DNA of 33,437 nucleotides from Shewanella sp. (GTDB lineage: Bacteria > Pseudomonadota > Gammaproteobacteria > Enterobacterales > Shewanellaceae): assembly GCA_051652445.1 (NCBI GenBank), contig JBOFUF010000131.1, forward strand, positions 1 to 33,437, in the 5' to 3' direction. The translations under genes and the position numbers were made by a program. The first letter of the stretch is position 1. Every line of letters begins with the position of its first letter. Shown in pieces: positions 29,709 to 33,437 of this stretch. The notes under the pieces are model-generated. The model was not told the DNA's origin and ran no database searches. It saw only the letters and a program-made list of their open reading frames with translations.

Positions 29709-30965
29709 TTACAACTTATTTAGCTCGAAAGCGTGATGTAACGCCTGAACCGCCTTGTGTAAGTCCCTTTCATCGATAACAGTTGATAATTTACTCTCTG
29801 ACGCTGTGAGTAACTTAGCATGAATCGTTTCATTACCCAAGACTTCTAACATCTTAGTTAATAACCCCATCTTTACCTGTAAACCCTTGCCAACTAAGGA
29901 TACTTTTGCACGTTGACGTTCAACAATCAACGGTCCAAGAGCAAGGTTTTCACTTAAAAGGTCTAGTTCATTTAGCAGAGTATCGACCTTGGCTTCTGCA
30001 AGCATAAAGCTGACTCGCCCCGAAGGGTCATCCTCATGGTTCCTCAATGGCGAAATAAATTCCACATCGATTTCCAACCGAGTTAAACATGCTAATAGCG
30101 CTTGATAGCGTTCACCGCTACTAAATAGCCCTTCAATCGTCAGTGTTGCGAGCGCTTTATTAATCGCGATACCTTGCACTAGCGAAGCCATGGTTAATTC
30201 CGACTCATCACCAAATTGAATTAACGTCCCCTGCCCAGCCTCAAAACTCGACAACACTCGCAGCGGCACCCGAAAACGCTCTGCATACTCGACAGAATCA
30301 GGATGCAGCACTTTAGCGCCTAACTTCGCCATTTCGAGCATCACATCAAACCCTATCACATCAAGGCGTCGTGCACTGCTATCAATATTAGGGTCTGTGG
30401 TAAATACCCCCGCCACGTCAGTAAAAATCTGACATTCATCCGCCGCTAAGGCCGCTGCAAGCGCTACTGCTGTAGTATCTGAACCACCACGCCCTAAGGT
30501 GGTCACGTCACCTTGGGAATCGATTCCTTGAAATCCTGCAACAATCGGTACAACACCCTCAGCTAGCAGTGATTGCAAATACTCAGTATCAACCCGCTCA
30601 ATGCTAGCTCGGCCGAACTGACTATTTGTATGAATTTGCACTTGATCGCCCGTGAGGGATTTCGCTTTAATACCACGACGTTGTAACGCCATCGACATCA
30701 AAGCAATACTCACTTGCTCCCCCGTCGACACTAACATGTCTAACTCGCGGGCCGAAGCTCGCGGGTTAATTTGCGCAGCAAGTGCAAACAGGCGATTCGT
30801 TTCACCCGCCATCGCCGATAAGACTAATACTTGCTGCTCACCATTGTGAGCTGACTTTGCAATCTGCTCAGCAACCGCTTCGATACGTTCAATAGAACCC
30901 ACCGAAGTGCCGCCGAACTTTTTCACAAAAAGCTTGCTACCACTAAGCTTTCGTATTTGGGGCAC
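29709..30965 (-). CDS. lysC: Aspartate kinase (monofunctional)
   Basis: KFGGTSVG, VLSAMAGETN, TTLGRGGSDTTA, TDVAGVFTTDP, C-terminal ACT-like domains; lies between alaS and csrA. Confidence 0.9.
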   Translation of the reverse strand: MPQIRKLSGSKLFVKKFGGTSVGSIERIEAVAEQIAKSAHNGEQQVLVLSAMAGETNRLFALAAQINPRASARELDMLVSTGEQVSIALMSMALQRRGIKAKSLTGDQVQIHTNSQFGRASIERVDTEYLQSLLAEGVVPIVAGFQGIDSQGDVTTLGRGGSDTTAVALAAALAADECQIFTDVAGVFTTDPNIDSSARRLDVIGFDVMLEMAKLGAKVLHPDSVEYAERFRVPLRVLSSFEAGQGTLIQFGDESELTMASLVQGIAINKALATLTIEGLFSSGERYQALLACLTRLEIDVEFISPLRNHEDDPSGRVSFMLAEAKVDTLLNELDLLSENLALGPLIVERQRAKVSLVGKGLQVKMGLLTKMLEVLGNETIHAKLLTASESKLSTVIDERDLHKAVQALHHAFELNKL

Positions 30966-30974
30966 AGCAACCTC

Positions 30975-33437
30975 TTAAGCTAGACGCTCAGTAATCCAAG
31001 GTAATACTTGAGCCAATGCCGCATCCAGTTTTTCTGGCTGGCTACCGCCCGCTTGAGCCATATCAGGACGACCACCGCCTTTGCCCCCCACTTGCGAGGC
31101 GACCATAGCGACTAGCTCACCCGCTTTGACTTTACCAATCAGATCGTTACTCACACCCGCAATCAGGTTAACTTTACCTTCCTGAGTGGTACCCAGAACA
31201 ATAATCGCCGATTTCAATTTCTGCTTTAATTCATCTTGCAGACCGCGTAATGAACTTGCCTCAACGCCATCTAACTTTTTAATCAGCACGTTAACGCCAT
31301 TGACTAGGACAGCGTCACCCACTAAGTCAGCACTCGCTGCCGCCGCTAATTTGTCTTTTAGCTGTGCCATTTCTTTTTCGAGTTGCTTCATTTTGTCGAG
31401 CTGCGCTTTTAACTTGGCCACCACTGAGTTGGCATCGCCTTTTAATAAGGCTGCAGCTTCTTCCAGCTCAGCTTGTTGCTGCGCCACATAGGCCATCGCT
31501 GCCGCCCCCGTAACCGCTTCAATACGACGAATACCCGCGGCAATACCTGCTTCTGAGGTGATCTTAAATAAGCCGATATCACCCGTACGCCCCACGTGGG
31601 TGCCACCGCATAATTCGATAGAGAAATCCCCCATAGTCACAACGCGTACTTGTGAGTCATATTTCTCACCAAAGAGTGCCATAGCGCCTTTTTCTTTAGC
31701 TTCATCTATGCTCATCTCAGCGGTGTTCAGCGCATGGTTACGACGAATTTGGGTGTTAACTAATTCTTCAACCTCTTTTAATTCAGCGGCTTTAACACCT
31801 TCAAAATGGGAGAAGTCAAAACGTAAACGCTCAGGATCAACCAGTGAACCTTTTTGTGATACATGCGTACCGAGCACTTGACGCAGCGCAGCATGCAACA
31901 AATGCGTTACAGAGTGATTTAGCTCAGTACGGTGACGTGATTTTTTATCGACTTTAGCTTCAATAACTTGGCCAGCGCTTAAGCTACCTGTGGCCAAAAC
32001 ACCTTGATGTCCCGTTGCTTGACCATACTTTTGCGTATCATTTACCGTAAACAAAATACCGTTCGTAACCAATTGGCCTTTATCGCCTACCTGACCGCCA
32101 GATTCAGCATAGAAAGGTGTTATATCGAGCACGACAACGGCTTCATCACCCGCTTTGATCGCCGTCACTGACTCACCATTTTGATAAATCGCGGTGACCT
32201 TAGCTTGACCCGCTAATTCGGTGTAACCACTGAATGCAGTTTCAGCATCAATTTTCAGTGCAGCGTTATAATCTGCACCAAAGTTACCAGCAGCTTGGGC
32301 GCGGCTACGCTGCTCAGCCATGGCGACTTCGAAACCGGCTTCATCGACAATGATGTTGCGCTCACGGCAGACATCAGCGGTCAAATCCATTGGAAAACCA
32401 TAGGTGTCATACAGTTTAAAGACGGTTTCGCCGTCTAAGGTGTCACCTTTCAACTCGTTTAAGGCCGTATCTAACATACCTAAACCACGTTCAAGCGTAC
32501 GGGCAAATTGCTCTTCTTCGGCTTTCAGTGCTTTTTCAACAATAACTTGAGTCTCAGCTAACCCTTTTGCTGCATCGCCCATCACCGCAATCAAAGACGG
32601 AACCAGCTTGTAGAAGAAGGCTTCGGTCGCACCTAGCTTGTTACCATGGCGAACAGCGCGACGAATAATACGGCGCAGCACATAACCACGGCCTTCGTTC
32701 GATGGCATAACGCCGTCGGCAATTAAAAATGCACATGAACGGATATGATCGGCAATGACTCGCAGCGACTTTTCCGATAAATCGCTGACACCAATGACCT
32801 CTGCGGCTTTAGCAATCAAAGTACGGAAAATATCGATTTCGTAATTAGAATGAACGCCCTGCATAATCGCAGCGATACGCTCAATCCCCATGCCGGTATC
32901 AACCGAGGGCTTAGGTAAAGGTAACATTTCACCCGATGCTTGACGGTTGTACTGCATGAAAACGATGTTCCAGATTTCGATAAAACGATCGCCATCCTCT
33001 TCAGGACTGCCAGGACGTCCGCCCCAAATATGATCACCATGATCATAGAAAATCTCAGTACACGGGCCACAAGGACCAGTATCACCCATTTGCCAGAAAT
33101 TATCTGACGCATAAGCGGCACCTTTGTTGTCACCAATACGGATGATGTTCTCAGCCGCGACACCAATCTTTTTGTTCCAAATATCAAAGGCTTCATCGTC
33201 TGTTTGATAAATCGTGACGCATAGACGCTCTTTAGGCAGATTTAAGGTTTCAGTTAAGAAAGCCCAACCCAAACGAATCGCTTCTTCTTTGAAATAATCA
33301 CCGAAACTGAAGTTACCCAGCATTTCGAAAAAGGTGTGATGACGTGCGGTGTAACCCACATTATCTAAGTCATTATGCTTACCACCAGCGCGTACACAAC
33401 GTTGAGCAGTGGTCGCACGCGTATAATTACGTTTGTC
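30975..33437 (-). CDS. alaS: Alanine--tRNA ligase (5' end lies outside the window)
   Basis: Frame is open to the window end ([50 protein letters not shown]); [38 protein letters not shown]. Confidence 0.98.
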   Translation of the reverse strand, partial: DKRNYTRATTAQRCVRAGGKHNDLDNVGYTARHHTFFEMLGNFSFGDYFKEEAIRLGWAFLTETLNLPKERLCVTIYQTDDEAFDIWNKKIGVAAENIIRIGDNKGAAYASDNFWQMGDTGPCGPCTEIFYDHGDHIWGGRPGSPEEDGDRFIEIWNIVFMQYNRQASGEMLPLPKPSVDTGMGIERIAAIMQGVHSNYEIDIFRTLIAKAAEVIGVSDLSEKSLRVIADHIRSCAFLIADGVMPSNEGRGYVLRRIIRRAVRHGNKLGATEAFFYKLVPSLIAVMGDAAKGLAETQVIVEKALKAEEEQFARTLERGLGMLDTALNELKGDTLDGETVFKLYDTYGFPMDLTADVCRERNIIVDEAGFEVAMAEQRSRAQAAGNFGADYNAALKIDAETAFSGYTELAGQAKVTAIYQNGESVTAIKAGDEAVVVLDITPFYAESGGQVGDKGQLVTNGILFTVNDTQKYGQATGHQGVLATGSLSAGQVIEAKVDKKSRHRTELNHSVTHLLHAALRQVLGTHVSQKGSLVDPERLRFDFSHFEGVKAAELKEVEELVNTQIRRNHALNTAEMSIDEAKEKGAMALFGEKYDSQVRVVTMGDFSIELCGGTHVGRTGDIGLFKITSEAGIAAGIRRIEAVTGAAAMAYVAQQQAELEEAAALLKGDANSVVAKLKAQLDKMKQLEKEMAQLKDKLAAAASADLVGDAVLVNGVNVLIKKLDGVEASSLRGLQDELKQKLKSAIIVLGTTQEGKVNLIAGVSNDLIGKVKAGELVAMVASQVGGKGGGRPDMAQAGGSQPEKLDAALAQVLPWITERLA

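Overview
Mostly core chromosome of a gammaproteobacterium; gene content and order point to Shewanella (inference). In order: 3' end of a YcxB-like gene, satP, a small secreted two-Cys protein, a MipA/OmpV-DUF3019-response regulator-histidine kinase cluster, a DUF1289 gene, a decayed DUF4136 lipoprotein gene, cysM divergent from cysPTWA, purT, a long RluA-family pseudouridine synthase, an ERIC-like repeat joined to a DUF3142-like gene remnant, DUF2913, M32 carboxypeptidase, GNAT, DUF2960, RDD, lptG-lptF, pepA-holC-valS, a 7-gene tRNA array (Ser-Arg4-Ser-Arg), csrA, aspartate kinase and alaS (cut by the window edge). I see no intact transposase, prophage, CRISPR array or recognisable defence system. 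The best leads are: (1) the N-terminal half of the RluA protein looks like a Zn-binding deaminase-type fold split by a coiled coil; (2) essential valS has an in-frame TGA, most likely a sequencing error; (3) the MipA-DUF3019-two-component cluster with an adjacent acidic PsiF-like protein may be an envelope sensing module; (4) a compact four-way-junction RNA candidate; (5) a 4 x 13-bp tandem repeat in front of the RluA gene; (6) two pseudogenes absent from the ORF track. Family names come from motif recall, not database searches.
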